DNA from: Bacteroidales bacterium
GTDB lineage: Bacteria; Bacteroidota; Bacteroidia; Bacteroidales; DTU049
Assembly (NCBI GenBank): GCA_026418905.1
Contig: JAOAAK010000028.1
Location: forward strand, 6,433 to 70,432
Reading direction: 5' to 3'
Length of the DNA stretch: 64,000 nucleotides
Positions within the stretch are counted from its first letter, which is position 1. Every line of letters begins with the position of its first letter. Of the stretch, positions 20,201 to 28,872 are shown piece after piece. The position numbers and the translations under genes are program-made. The notes under the pieces are model-generated. The model was given only the letters and a program-made list of their open reading frames with translations. It was not told where the DNA came from and searched no databases.

Positions 20201-20323
20201 AGCACGTATGAATTGAATGGGAAACAATCCATCGACATCTCCTATTTAGCAAAAGGAGTTTATTTCTTTAATTTCCATACCAAAAACGAGCTGATCTTAA
20301 AAAAGATTGTGATAAAATACTAA
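17240..20323 (+). CDS. Secreted SBBP (beta-propeller) repeat protein with Ig-like domains and a T9SS type A C-terminal domain
   Basis: Repeated YLGGSGDDY...GYTNSTNFPTT.NAYQ units are typical of SBBP repeats. The C-terminal end reads GVYFFNFHTKNELILKKIVIKY. Confidence 0.7.
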   Translation: MVKLKHIYLKCICIFFMPIQILPQLNYRGENTVPCVFIENKGQWPKEVLFLYKQKNIFYWIVKDGIIIDIARSNEDPTNRIKNYSDNSTNNLFSSIEERHVARLYFKNGNVKNYEGILEENVTFNFILGNDPTKHITGVKCFKQVYLKNLYPGIDVKYELTEKGNLRFDFIVNPGSDPSQILLTFKGIDHLNITPKSLLLQTHLGDLQIKDIKLIQKNDSFPISFISQKDDIGFYIPSYNKNEILIIDPTIEFSSYMGGSNDDYLVAINKNIYSWWPFMWFGGYSRSTDFPNITGYDVSHNGAYDVVLIVSNFYNYHAVTYLGGSGDDYCTNIGLLGGFPPKLLISGYTNSTNFPTTTNAYQQTLMGASDGFVTCMTYTLNNLVFSTLLGGSNVDKIKALGTDQNENIYVGGITTSSNFPITQNAFQTTLSSNQACFVTKLTPTGDSLIFSTFLQGNNMQELVALEVYNSKPIVAGYTNSQNFPLTPGTFQTPSANYDIFVTRLNNNGSNIERSARFGGSQEEYTSDLEIDQFGQIYICGKTNSSGFPITSNAIQTTYRGANDGFFVKMDSAFSHILYSTYFGGHKLENVYKMNYDPYTKNVCIVGSTYSFDFPISPNAFQQNNKGSMDGFIMKINPNGEIVKYYSTYLGGSTYDEIKDIVMLFMYSNQNYTTKEYVIGYTSSFDFYTTPDAFQFTINPFDGFIMRLSLPTALAVDFEPDIICEGDTGTIIVRGTPYVKWSHDPFEDTLTTVIPQPGYIYEVKGILNGDTSSLLFSYPIDVVQVNVFPSQASICNGQEITLTASGANNYQWYPLPLQGPQITISPDSSLNLSVIGTSSLGCKDTASAFIQINYYPTYELISDPSTDHQSVCIGDSIQKIEYLLHHVNSIHYQPNSFPPGISASFNLSNHKLSIKGAPYLSGTYVYGVEGDGPCGSIFFNGLIQVDPCTSIEEMDEANNDVMIASNAVSFELREPTTLYILDAQGKIVSTYELNGKQSIDISYLAKGVYFFNFHTKNELILKKIVIKY

Positions 20324-20338
20324 AACGGAATCAGTTAG

Positions 20339-20857
20339 TTATTTTCTTTGAGTTCTCAGATGGTCAAGAGCTTTTTCATAGTCTGGCTCCTGACTTATTT
20401 CTGGTACGTATTCTACGTATGTAATTCGTCCTTCTTTGTCGATGATAACAATACCACGAGCAAGTAATCCTAATTCTTCTATGTAAAAACCATACTTATA
20501 ACCGAATTCTCGATGTTTGTAATCGCTGCTTGTTATAACATTTCGTATACCTTCGGACGCACAAAAACGTTTAAGAGCAAAAGGTAAATCCATTGAGATA
20601 GTAATCACAACAACATCTTCTAGGGACGTAGCAAGTTCGTTAAATTTTCTGGTTTGTTGAGCACAAACAGGTGTATCGACCGAAGGCATAATAGAAAGAA
20701 CAACTGTTTTCCCCCGAAATTGAGACAATGTAACAGGTTTTAAATCCGTATCAAACGTCGTAAAATCTTCAGACAATTTTCCTACTTGGGTCAAACTACC
20801 TACTAATGTCATTGGTTGACCTTTAAACGCAACAATGCCTTTGTGTTTTTCCATCAT
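20339..20857 (-). CDS. tpx: Thiol peroxidase (atypical 2-Cys peroxiredoxin Tpx)
   Basis: Peroxidatic Cys in SVDTPVCAQQ and resolving Cys in KRFCASEG. The length of ~170 aa fits. Confidence 0.9.
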   Translation of the reverse strand: MMEKHKGIVAFKGQPMTLVGSLTQVGKLSEDFTTFDTDLKPVTLSQFRGKTVVLSIMPSVDTPVCAQQTRKFNELATSLEDVVVITISMDLPFALKRFCASEGIRNVITSSDYKHREFGYKYGFYIEELGLLARGIVIIDKEGRITYVEYVPEISQEPDYEKALDHLRTQRK

Positions 20858-20870
20858 TTTAGAATTTTTT

Positions 20871-20878
20871 CAAAAATA
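20871..20878 (-). promoter_or_regulatory. -7 box TAnnTTTG (tatttttg) for tpx
   Basis: Exact match on the minus strand. The ATG at 20857 begins 14 nt after the end of the motif. Confidence 0.5.
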
Positions 20879-20954
20879 TGATAAGATCTCCAGAATTACA
20901 AAAAACTAATAAAAAGCAGGTTGTAAATATTGATTGCATAATATTTAACAAACC

Positions 20955-20962
20955 TATATTTG
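20955..20962 (+). promoter_or_regulatory. -7 box TAnnTTTG (tatatttg) for the UbiD-family gene
   Basis: Exact match. The ATG at 20985 begins 23 nt after the end of the motif. Confidence 0.5.
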
Positions 20963-20984
20963 CCAAGAACTTAAGTCAGATAAA

Positions 20985-22757
20985 ATGACATTGAATAATC
21001 TGTCTTCATTGGTTAGTTATTTAAAAAGCAAAAAGAAACTATACGAAATTCAGGAACTTGTATCTCCAACGCTAGAGATGACTGAAATTGCTGATAGAAT
21101 CTATCAGAGCAAAGACAAAAGCTATCCTATTTTATTCACCAACAATAGTACTCCTTTTCCAGTTCTCATAAACATTTTTGCCAACGAGGAGCTTACAAGA
21201 CAATACGTCAGATGGGATGAAGTAGCCCCTATTCTTGAAAATTTTTCTGATCTCTTCAAGCTTAAATTCAGTCGATCATCCTTTTTATTCTTGAAGAGAT
21301 TTATGAAATCAAAGCCCTACAAGAGAAGATGCGCTCCTTGCCAGGAAGTAGTGAGCCGTGAACTTGGCTTTTTTGATTTGCCCATTTTGCAATGCTGGCC
21401 TAACGATGCAGGTCGTTATATTACCTTACCTCTAGTTCACACCATCGATCCCGAAACGGGTATCCAAAACATAGGGATGTATCGGATGCAGATTTACGAT
21501 AACAAAACTGCTGGTCTACATTGGCATATTCATAAAGGTGGAGCTGAGCACTTCCAAAAATGGAAAGAAATGAAAAAACGAATGCCTGTAACTATTACGT
21601 TGGGCGGAGCACCGGCCCTAATTTATGCTGCTACTGCACCTTTACCTCAAGGAATTCCAGAATACGCCTTTGCTAGTTTTCTGCTCAATAAAAGAATACA
21701 TTTAGTAAAATGTATTTCTAACGATATTCTAATTCCTGCTGATAGCGAAATAGTACTTGAAGGCTTTGTTGAACCTGAAGAAGAACTACGGATGGAAGGA
21801 CCTTTCGGTGACCACACCGGCTTTTACTCTATTCCGGATTATTATCCTGTTTTTCACCTAGAACTTATTACACATCGTAAAAAAGCTATCTATCCTGCAA
21901 CCGTCGTTGGGATACCTCCCAAAGAAGATGAACAATTGGGGCATCTTACTACACAAATTTTCACACCCATCATAAAACAAACCCTACTACCCGAACTGAT
22001 CGATTTATACCTTCCAACAGAAGGCGGATTTCATAATCTTGCCTTGACTAGCATACATGAAACATTTCCTGGTCAAGCTGAAAAAGTAGCTCATGCCATA
22101 TGGGGTATAGGTCTACTTTCGCTAACCAAAATTATTTTGGTTTTCGACGATGATATTCACTTACGTAATTGGTCTAATATTCTCAGTAGGATTGATCGCT
22201 CTGTCGCAATTCCTGATGACATTCTCTTTTCGAAAGGACCCCTCGATGTTTTAGATCACTCGGCTCAAAAGTTTGCTTATGGTGGCAAACTTGCTATTCT
22301 CGCCACCTCCAAATTCAAATCGAACCACATGTTTGATATGAACACCTATGAACTCCCTTTCATTCACTTATGGTTAACTCAACGAATTGCCATCATTTAT
22401 CATGATCATTTTGAAGATGTTCTTACATGGCTTAAACAACATTCATTGCATCGAGATAAATTTTACGTAGTAATGGAAAAAAGATGGTATTCTGCGAAAG
22501 CTTCTTTACAGCTTTGGTTTGGACTTTCCACTTTGGATCCTGTTCGAGATTTGCATTTTATTCAAGAGAGATTCTCTCTTGTTATCAATTGTCTTTCCTA
22601 TGGGAAAACGCCTTCTCCTTTTAACACCTCTTGGCCAGAAATGGTTTTAATGGATGAAAAAACTATCAATACCATTGATCAAAAATGGTCTTCGTTCAAT
22701 TTTGATTTCTTTACAGAATCTCCATCAGCTATCCTACGCAAAGAAATAGAACAGTAG
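20985..22757 (+). CDS. UbiD-family (prenylated-FMN dependent) decarboxylase, of the menaquinone/quinone biosynthesis type
   Basis: UbiD-like motifs GMYRMQIYD...LHWHIHKGG, TLGG.PAL and GPFGDHTGFY are present. It is paired with a UbiA-family prenyltransferase. Confidence 0.8.
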   Translation: MTLNNLSSLVSYLKSKKKLYEIQELVSPTLEMTEIADRIYQSKDKSYPILFTNNSTPFPVLINIFANEELTRQYVRWDEVAPILENFSDLFKLKFSRSSFLFLKRFMKSKPYKRRCAPCQEVVSRELGFFDLPILQCWPNDAGRYITLPLVHTIDPETGIQNIGMYRMQIYDNKTAGLHWHIHKGGAEHFQKWKEMKKRMPVTITLGGAPALIYAATAPLPQGIPEYAFASFLLNKRIHLVKCISNDILIPADSEIVLEGFVEPEEELRMEGPFGDHTGFYSIPDYYPVFHLELITHRKKAIYPATVVGIPPKEDEQLGHLTTQIFTPIIKQTLLPELIDLYLPTEGGFHNLALTSIHETFPGQAEKVAHAIWGIGLLSLTKIILVFDDDIHLRNWSNILSRIDRSVAIPDDILFSKGPLDVLDHSAQKFAYGGKLAILATSKFKSNHMFDMNTYELPFIHLWLTQRIAIIYHDHFEDVLTWLKQHSLHRDKFYVVMEKRWYSAKASLQLWFGLSTLDPVRDLHFIQERFSLVINCLSYGKTPSPFNTSWPEMVLMDEKTINTIDQKWSSFNFDFFTESPSAILRKEIEQ

Positions 22758-23576
22758 GTATCCTATTCCAAAAGTCACCGAAGCCATTCCATTCCATAAA
22801 CCGAAATTAAGATGTACTTTTCGGTCATAACCCAACCAAACTATGACGTGCTGAACAAACAACATCAGCGAGAATAGAAAAAAACTTGTCCATACCCATT
22901 CATGATTGATTATCATGCAGAAATAAAACAAAAAAAACATTGCAAATACGTGGGAAATAAAAGCAATCACTAAAGAGTGTCTTCCAAAGCGAACAGGTAT
23001 TGAAAAAAGATTCATTTTTCTGTCGAATTCTTCATCCTGCAAGGCATATATAATGTCAAATCCTGCCACCCAAAATACAACCGACATTATAAGCCAAAGC
23101 AAATAAAAATCGATATTCCCACTAGCAGCTATATATCCACCAGCTGGAGCCATCGAAAGACTCAGTCCAAGCACGAAGTGCGACAAAATGGTAAAACGCT
23201 TGGTGTAACTATACCCCAATATTACAAAAAGAGCAAGTGGTCCAAGTATGAAAGTAAGTTCGTTAATGAATGAAGTCACAAGTAAAAACAACATTGAAGC
23301 TAAGATGGTTAGAAGCAAAGCCTCACGAGGGTGTACTTTTCCGCTTGGAATATCCCGAATTTGTGTGCGGGGATTGAGAGCATCAATGTCACGATCGATC
23401 CATCTGTTAAAAGACATGGCTGCAGTACGAGCCAAGATTAAAGCTAAAAAAGTTAAAAAAAAGTTGTACCACGAAAAAAACCCAACTTCCCGGACCCCTT
23501 CGAAATAACCAACTAGTGCAAAAGGAAAACTGAATATGGTATGAGAAAATTTGATCAAACGCAAATACTTGATCAC
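22734..23576 (-). CDS. UbiA-family aromatic polyprenyltransferase
   Basis: A polytopic membrane protein with Asp-rich motifs NRWIDRDIDALNPRT and YALQDEEFD. Confidence 0.8.
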   Translation of the reverse strand: MIKYLRLIKFSHTIFSFPFALVGYFEGVREVGFFSWYNFFLTFLALILARTAAMSFNRWIDRDIDALNPRTQIRDIPSGKVHPREALLLTILASMLFLLVTSFINELTFILGPLALFVILGYSYTKRFTILSHFVLGLSLSMAPAGGYIAASGNIDFYLLWLIMSVVFWVAGFDIIYALQDEEFDRKMNLFSIPVRFGRHSLVIAFISHVFAMFFLFYFCMIINHEWVWTSFFLFSLMLFVQHVIVWLGYDRKVHLNFGLWNGMASVTFGIGYLLFYFFA

Positions 23577-23577
23577 A

Positions 23578-25191
23578 CTATACAGATTTTCGTCTAATTA
23601 AAGAAAAGGAAATGGTAGCTAAGACAATTAACAAAGAAGCAAAAACGGATATTCTACCCAAATAATCGCCATATTTAACGTAAAAAGTAATTTGATCATT
23701 TGCATAAAGAGTTACGGTAAATCCAGCTGGTTCCCAGTATTTTGTCTGTATGAGAATGTTTCCACGTTGATCAATAGCACCAGATATTCCAGTGTTTGCA
23801 GAACGAGCAATGGCACGGCGAGTTTCAATAGCACGCAAAACAGACATTACAAAATGTTGCCGATGGCCAGGTGTATTACCCCACCAACCGTCATTGGTGA
23901 TAACAAAAAGCATATGAGCACCTTTTTTTACGAAATCAGCCATGAATTCGCCAAAAGCGCTCTCGTAACAAATAACCGTGCCTACAGGTATATGTCCTTC
24001 ATGAAAAACTACAGGCTCTTTTGAAGATCCTAAAGTACCAGAAATTCCACCTAAATCGATGGTTAATTTTTCCAAAAAAGGGAAAAGAGTTTTGTAAGGC
24101 ATGCGTTCTACACCAGGAACAAGCTTTATTTTACGATATACTTCTTTTACCTGAGACGTATCTAAGTATAAAGCAGAATTGTAAGCTTCGTATAATGTAC
24201 CGTCAGAAAGTCGTCTGGTGGCTGATCCTGCTTCCTCAGGAGATATGACCCTGTAAGTAGAAGCACCTGTTATCCAAATAGCACGAGGAAATCTTGTTTT
24301 TAACATGTTCACTATAGCCGGTATACTTCGGGAATATTGAAATTGATCTTCATACATGCCTTCTTGCAAAATACTTTCAGGACAAAGGATAAAATCTATA
24401 CTTGTGTCTCTTTCAGACGGTAACTGATTAAACAATCTGTCCAAGGTTTCATCGGCTGTTAGATTAAATTCCTCTTCCCATGGATCGATGTTGGGCTGAA
24501 CAACATGAATACGTACAGGGTTCGATTTTTCATCGTAAGTGAAATAACGGATGTAAGAATACGCCAGTGGAACCAATATTGTAAAAAGAGTAATTCCTAC
24601 CAATGTGTTCCTCAATGATTTAAATTTTAAAGATATATTTTCTTTCTCGAGATGAATCCAAAGCCAGAAGAATAATAAAAGATTGATGAATAAAATCCAA
24701 AAAGATCCTCCGAGAACACCTGTAAATTCATACCATTGAACCCACGTAGGTTTAGTGGCGAAAACATTTCCTAAAGTCAACCAGGGCCAAGCAAGTTCCC
24801 AACGATAGTGCAAATATTCAAAACTAACCCAAAAAAAGGGGAATATCAAAAAGCTTCGGAGATTATTTGAAAATAATTTCTCTCGAACCCAACCATAGAT
24901 CCACACTACCAAAGCCATAAGAAAAGAATTGGCAATCATAGCAAATAGCGACCCCCAAATGGTTGAATTCCATATCCACCATGTCGTGGCTACATTCCAT
25001 AAAAGAAACATTGGAAAAGAGAAAGTAAAATAACTGGTCTTTTTTCTCCCATGCAAAGAAATCAAATACAAACCATAAAAGAAAGGTATCCAAGCAAAAA
25101 AAATCAGAAAAGCCCATCCTCGCATGGGCCATGATAATGTAAGCAAAATACCTGATAATAAAAAAACGATTAACAATTTGATGTTTCTCAT
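23578..25191 (-). CDS. lnt: Apolipoprotein N-acyltransferase
   Basis: A multi-TM N-terminal half plus a CN-hydrolase domain with the catalytic-Cys context VGTVICYESAF and a C-terminal TM segment. Confidence 0.85.
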   Translation of the reverse strand: MRNIKLLIVFLLSGILLTLSWPMRGWAFLIFFAWIPFFYGLYLISLHGRKKTSYFTFSFPMFLLWNVATTWWIWNSTIWGSLFAMIANSFLMALVVWIYGWVREKLFSNNLRSFLIFPFFWVSFEYLHYRWELAWPWLTLGNVFATKPTWVQWYEFTGVLGGSFWILFINLLLFFWLWIHLEKENISLKFKSLRNTLVGITLFTILVPLAYSYIRYFTYDEKSNPVRIHVVQPNIDPWEEEFNLTADETLDRLFNQLPSERDTSIDFILCPESILQEGMYEDQFQYSRSIPAIVNMLKTRFPRAIWITGASTYRVISPEEAGSATRRLSDGTLYEAYNSALYLDTSQVKEVYRKIKLVPGVERMPYKTLFPFLEKLTIDLGGISGTLGSSKEPVVFHEGHIPVGTVICYESAFGEFMADFVKKGAHMLFVITNDGWWGNTPGHRQHFVMSVLRAIETRRAIARSANTGISGAIDQRGNILIQTKYWEPAGFTVTLYANDQITFYVKYGDYLGRISVFASLLIVLATISFSLIRRKSV

Positions 25192-25202
25192 AGGTACTAA
25201 CT

Positions 25203-25604
25203 CTATTCTAAAATTTGTTCAAATGTGACAAGTTCCAATTTTTCAGCAATCATGTCTCGAATTTCTTTCATGAGCAGATAAAATTTTTGATGTTTTTCAA
25301 TAGGTGAAGGTTCATAAAAGTATTCTGAAACACTTGGAACAGGTGCCAGGGGTCCATCGAAAAGACGTACGATTTCAGCAATGGTAATTTCAGAAGGGTG
25401 TTTTTTTAAAACATACCCGCCTGACGATCCTTTTACGCTTTTAACATAACCAGTGTTTTTTAGGACCAACATAATTTGCTCTAAAAACTTTTTAGGTATG
25501 TTCCACTTCTGAGCAATTTGTTGCAATGATTTGAGTTGAGATGTATCCTTGGCCAACTCAATAATAGCTAAACAAGCGTATTCACATTTTCGAGAAAGAC
25601 GCAT
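25203..25604 (-). CDS. Rrf2-family transcriptional regulator without the Fe-S-ligating Cys cluster
   Basis: MRLSRKCEYACLAIIELA... is a canonical Rrf2 N-terminus with a wHTH. There is no Cys in the region after DGPLAP. I place the start at the ATG at 25604, because the TTG at 25616 lies inside the -7 box. Confidence 0.8.
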   Translation of the reverse strand: MRLSRKCEYACLAIIELAKDTSQLKSLQQIAQKWNIPKKFLEQIMLVLKNTGYVKSVKGSSGGYVLKKHPSEITIAEIVRLFDGPLAPVPSVSEYFYEPSPIEKHQKFYLLMKEIRDMIAEKLELVTFEQILE

Positions 25605-25611
25605 GTTTTTT

Positions 25612-25651
25612 GACAAAAATAAAAAAACTTAGCACACACACGTGCTAAGTT
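25612..25651 (-). terminator. Rho-independent terminator of fhs, which may also serve as an operator
   Basis: A perfect 10-bp inverted repeat, aacttagcac (25626-25635) and gtgctaagtt (25642-25651), encloses a 6-nt loop and is followed on the minus strand by tttttttatttttg. Confidence 0.7.
25614..25621 (-). promoter_or_regulatory. -7 box TAnnTTTG (tatttttg) for the Rrf2-lnt-ubiA unit
   Basis: Exact match on the minus strand. The ATG at 25604 begins 10 nt after the end of the motif. Confidence 0.5.
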
Positions 25652-25672
25652 CTACATAACGTGAAATATGGG

Positions 25673-27343
25673 TTAGAACAACCCGTAAATGTTACCAGCT
25701 TCGTCTATATCAATTTTTTCAGCAGCAGGTACTTCTGGCAAGCCCGGCATACGCATGATGGTACCTGCAATTGGTACTACAAAACCTGCACCCGCCGAAA
25801 TTTCTATTTCTCTAATATTGACGATGAAACCTTCGGGTCTGCCTCTAAGATCTGGATTGTCGGAGAGCGAATTTTGTGTTTTTGCCATGCAAACAGCTAG
25901 ATTTTCTATACCTAGGGAACGAATAGTTTTTAAGTCTTTTCTTGCTTGCAAAGAATACTCGACACCAGCTGCTCCGTACATTTTTGTTGCAATGGTATGA
26001 ATTTTCTTTTCCAAGTCCCAATTAAGATCGTACAAAGGTTGAAAACATGAGGGGCACTCCTTGACAGCACTGAGAACCTTTTCTGCTAGTTCGACTGCTC
26101 CTTTACTTCCTTTTGCCCATCCTTCGTTGATAGCCATTTCGACACCGTGTTCTTCACACCTCTTTCTTACTACTTCGATTTCATCTTCCGTATCAGAATC
26201 AAATCTATTTAAAGCTACAACTGGCCTAAAGCCAAAATACTTCATGTTTTCGATATGCTTGTCCAAATTGGCCAAACCTTTTTTAACATACTCGATGTTC
26301 GGGACAGAAAACTCTTCTTTTGTAGCACCGCCATGATATTTCAAAGCTCTTATAGTTGCAACAACAACAACAGCATTGGGCTTAAGGTTGCCAACCTGAC
26401 ATTTGATGTCGAAAAACTTTTCAGCACCAAGATCACTAGCAAAACCAGCTTCAGTAACGACGTATTCTGAAGTAGAAAGGGCAAGTTTGGTAGCAATGAT
26501 AGAATTGGTTCCTTGTGCTATATTAGCAAAAGGACCTCCGTGAATAATAGCTGGTGTATTTTCAATGGTTTGTACGAGATTAGGTTTAATAGCATCCTTA
26601 AGCAAAGCAGCCATGGCTCCATGAGCATTGAGATCTCGAGCATAAACTGGTTTTTTGTCGAGAGTAAACCCAATGAATATTTTACCCAATCTTTCTTTAA
26701 GATCGTTGATATCTTTAGCTAGACATAGAATAGCCATTACCTCGGATGCTGCCGTGATATTAAAACCCGACTCTCGTGGTATTCCGTTGGCTGTTCCTCC
26801 CAAGCCTATGACAACCTGACGAAGTGCACGATCGTTCATGTCCAGTACTCTTTTCCAACGAATGGTACGTGGATCAAAATGAAATTTTCGTTCTTTGGTT
26901 TGAAGTTGATTGTCGATAAGAGCAGCCAACAAGTTATTAGCTTTCTCAACTGCTGCAATATCTCCAGTGAAATGCAAGTTAATGTCTTCCATCGGTAAAA
27001 CTTGAGCAAAACCACCTCCGGCAGCTCCACCTTTAACACCAAAAACGGGCCCCAATGAAGGTTCTCTTAAAACAACAGTTGTTTTCTTCCCTATTCGATT
27101 AAGCCCCATAGCAAGGCTAATGGAAGTCGTTGTTTTGCCTTCCCCAGCTGGTGTAGGAGTTATGGCTGTTACCAGGATCAGTTTTGATTGTTTAGCTTTT
27201 TCCTCATCAATGTAACTGAGGGGAACTTTGGCTTTATACTTTCCATAAAGTTCCAGGTCTTCGGGATCGATATTTAATTGCTCTGCAATTTCCTGAATTG
27301 GCAACATAGTTGCCGCTCTCGCAATCTCAAGATCCGATTTCAT
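25673..27343 (-). CDS. fhs: Formate--tetrahydrofolate ligase
   Basis: A full-length match to the FTHFS pattern, including TPTPAGEGKTTT, REPSLGPVFG.KGGAAGGG and PAIIHGGPFANIA. Confidence 0.95.
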   Translation of the reverse strand: MKSDLEIARAATMLPIQEIAEQLNIDPEDLELYGKYKAKVPLSYIDEEKAKQSKLILVTAITPTPAGEGKTTTSISLAMGLNRIGKKTTVVLREPSLGPVFGVKGGAAGGGFAQVLPMEDINLHFTGDIAAVEKANNLLAALIDNQLQTKERKFHFDPRTIRWKRVLDMNDRALRQVVIGLGGTANGIPRESGFNITAASEVMAILCLAKDINDLKERLGKIFIGFTLDKKPVYARDLNAHGAMAALLKDAIKPNLVQTIENTPAIIHGGPFANIAQGTNSIIATKLALSTSEYVVTEAGFASDLGAEKFFDIKCQVGNLKPNAVVVVATIRALKYHGGATKEEFSVPNIEYVKKGLANLDKHIENMKYFGFRPVVALNRFDSDTEDEIEVVRKRCEEHGVEMAINEGWAKGSKGAVELAEKVLSAVKECPSCFQPLYDLNWDLEKKIHTIATKMYGAAGVEYSLQARKDLKTIRSLGIENLAVCMAKTQNSLSDNPDLRGRPEGFIVNIREIEISAGAGFVVPIAGTIMRMPGLPEVPAAEKIDIDEAGNIYGLF

Positions 27344-27358
27344 AATTGATTTTTAAAA

Positions 27359-27366
27359 CAAAGATA
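27359..27366 (-). promoter_or_regulatory. -7 box TAnnTTTG (tatctttg) for fhs
   Basis: Exact match on the minus strand. The ATG at 27343 begins 16 nt after the end of the motif. Confidence 0.5.
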
Positions 27367-27417
27367 ATTTAAATTCCGTCTAAATAAGCAAAAAAGCAAT
27401 GATATTAATCATATTAC

Positions 27418-28731
27418 CTAAATGGGATGATTTTGATGAAAAAGACTGAGTCGTTTATTCAGATCTTCCATCTGATCAAATCCAACGAGGGAAACACAAG
27501 CTCTAATCCCTTCTTTGCTTTCACTTCCTGTTAAAGACAACGAAATGGCACTGATCCCATAATGTAACAACTCATATAAAAGCTGATCACTTTCCAATCC
27601 GGGATAACTAACTGTGAAATAAAAACCATCAGCTAAAGGCTCACCATCATCCTGGTCATAAACTAGTTTAAAGCCATTAGAAAGAAATGCCTCTTTCATC
27701 AATTGAGCTTTTTTACTGTAAACAATGACGTCGTCTCGATAATTATACAATCCATCATTAATAGCTTTCAAAATTGCCAACAAAGCATACTGAGATGAAT
27801 GAGCTGTACCACTACTCAAAGCATAAATAGTTCCAAAAATCATGGCGCTGGAAAAACGATCTGTTCCATAATAAGGGATAAGATCCTCGAATCTGCGCCG
27901 AAACAATGAATCAGAAATTACCATCATACCAATACGTTGACCAGCATAACTAAATGCTTTAGAACTACTAATAAGCAAAATATACTGATCGTAATATTTA
28001 GCGATGGTGGGTTGAAATGGCGGCTTTCCAGGATGACTGTAATCCTTCCTAAAATCCATTCCAATGTAGGCAAGATCTTCGACAACCACAACATCATATT
28101 TCCTAGCCAGTTCAGCAATTATTTGCAGCTCTTTTTCCGTGAAACATATCCATGCTGGGTTGTTGGGATTGCTATATAATAAACCATATACATTACCAAC
28201 ACTAAGCAATTCATCAAGTTTGTCTCTGAGTTTTTCTCCACGATAGTTATAGACATCAAATTGAATAAATTTTCCACCCAAAATTCTTAACTGTTGTTTG
28301 TGAACAGGAAAACCTGGATCAATAAAAAGAAATGTGTCTTTATTTTTGTTAATTCTTTGCAACGTAAGGAAAGAAGCAAAACCACCCTGCATTGACCCAA
28401 CAGTGGGCAAACATCCATCAGGCGAGACGTCTACATCCAAAAAATTTTTAACAAAACGAGCAATTTCTTCTTTTAAAGAAGGTATCCCTGTCACATCAGG
28501 ATAAATGGATGCTACTCCTTTTTTTAATGCATCAATTTCAGCTTCAACTCCTATCTGCACAGGTGGCAAACCTGGTATGCCCATCTCCATTCTAACGAAT
28601 CTAACCCCACTTTGCTGTTCGATAATATCGACTATTTTTTTTATTTCTCGAATACTAGCCCTTGCCATAGAAGAAACCCCCACTTCTTCCATGGCTTTTT
28701 GTACTATTTCCCCCGAAATGACAACTTTCAT
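27418..28731 (-). CDS. PLP-dependent aminotransferase, class I/II
   Basis: Contains SNPNNPAW, the PLP-Lys context SSSKAFSYAGQRIG and DLAY. Substrate specificity cannot be assigned. Confidence 0.8.
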   Translation of the reverse strand: MKVVISGEIVQKAMEEVGVSSMARASIREIKKIVDIIEQQSGVRFVRMEMGIPGLPPVQIGVEAEIDALKKGVASIYPDVTGIPSLKEEIARFVKNFLDVDVSPDGCLPTVGSMQGGFASFLTLQRINKNKDTFLFIDPGFPVHKQQLRILGGKFIQFDVYNYRGEKLRDKLDELLSVGNVYGLLYSNPNNPAWICFTEKELQIIAELARKYDVVVVEDLAYIGMDFRKDYSHPGKPPFQPTIAKYYDQYILLISSSKAFSYAGQRIGMMVISDSLFRRRFEDLIPYYGTDRFSSAMIFGTIYALSSGTAHSSQYALLAILKAINDGLYNYRDDVIVYSKKAQLMKEAFLSNGFKLVYDQDDGEPLADGFYFTVSYPGLESDQLLYELLHYGISAISLSLTGSESKEGIRACVSLVGFDQMEDLNKRLSLFHQNHPI

Positions 28732-28872
28732 AATTTAAATTTTTGCTAATATAAATTTTTCAGTAACATAAAGCCAATTCCTAAAAAATTTTATTCTACA
28801 ACTCTTCCTTCTTTCATGGTGAAAAATATTAAAAAAATAATTCTATGTAATTTTAAAACCAAAATTATTATC

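Noticed and set aside
27391-27417. A weak hairpin (atgat-atta-atcat) followed by a T-run on the minus strand downstream of the aminotransferase gene, considered as a terminator.
   Set aside because: The stem is only 5 AT-rich base pairs, which is too weak to call with confidence.
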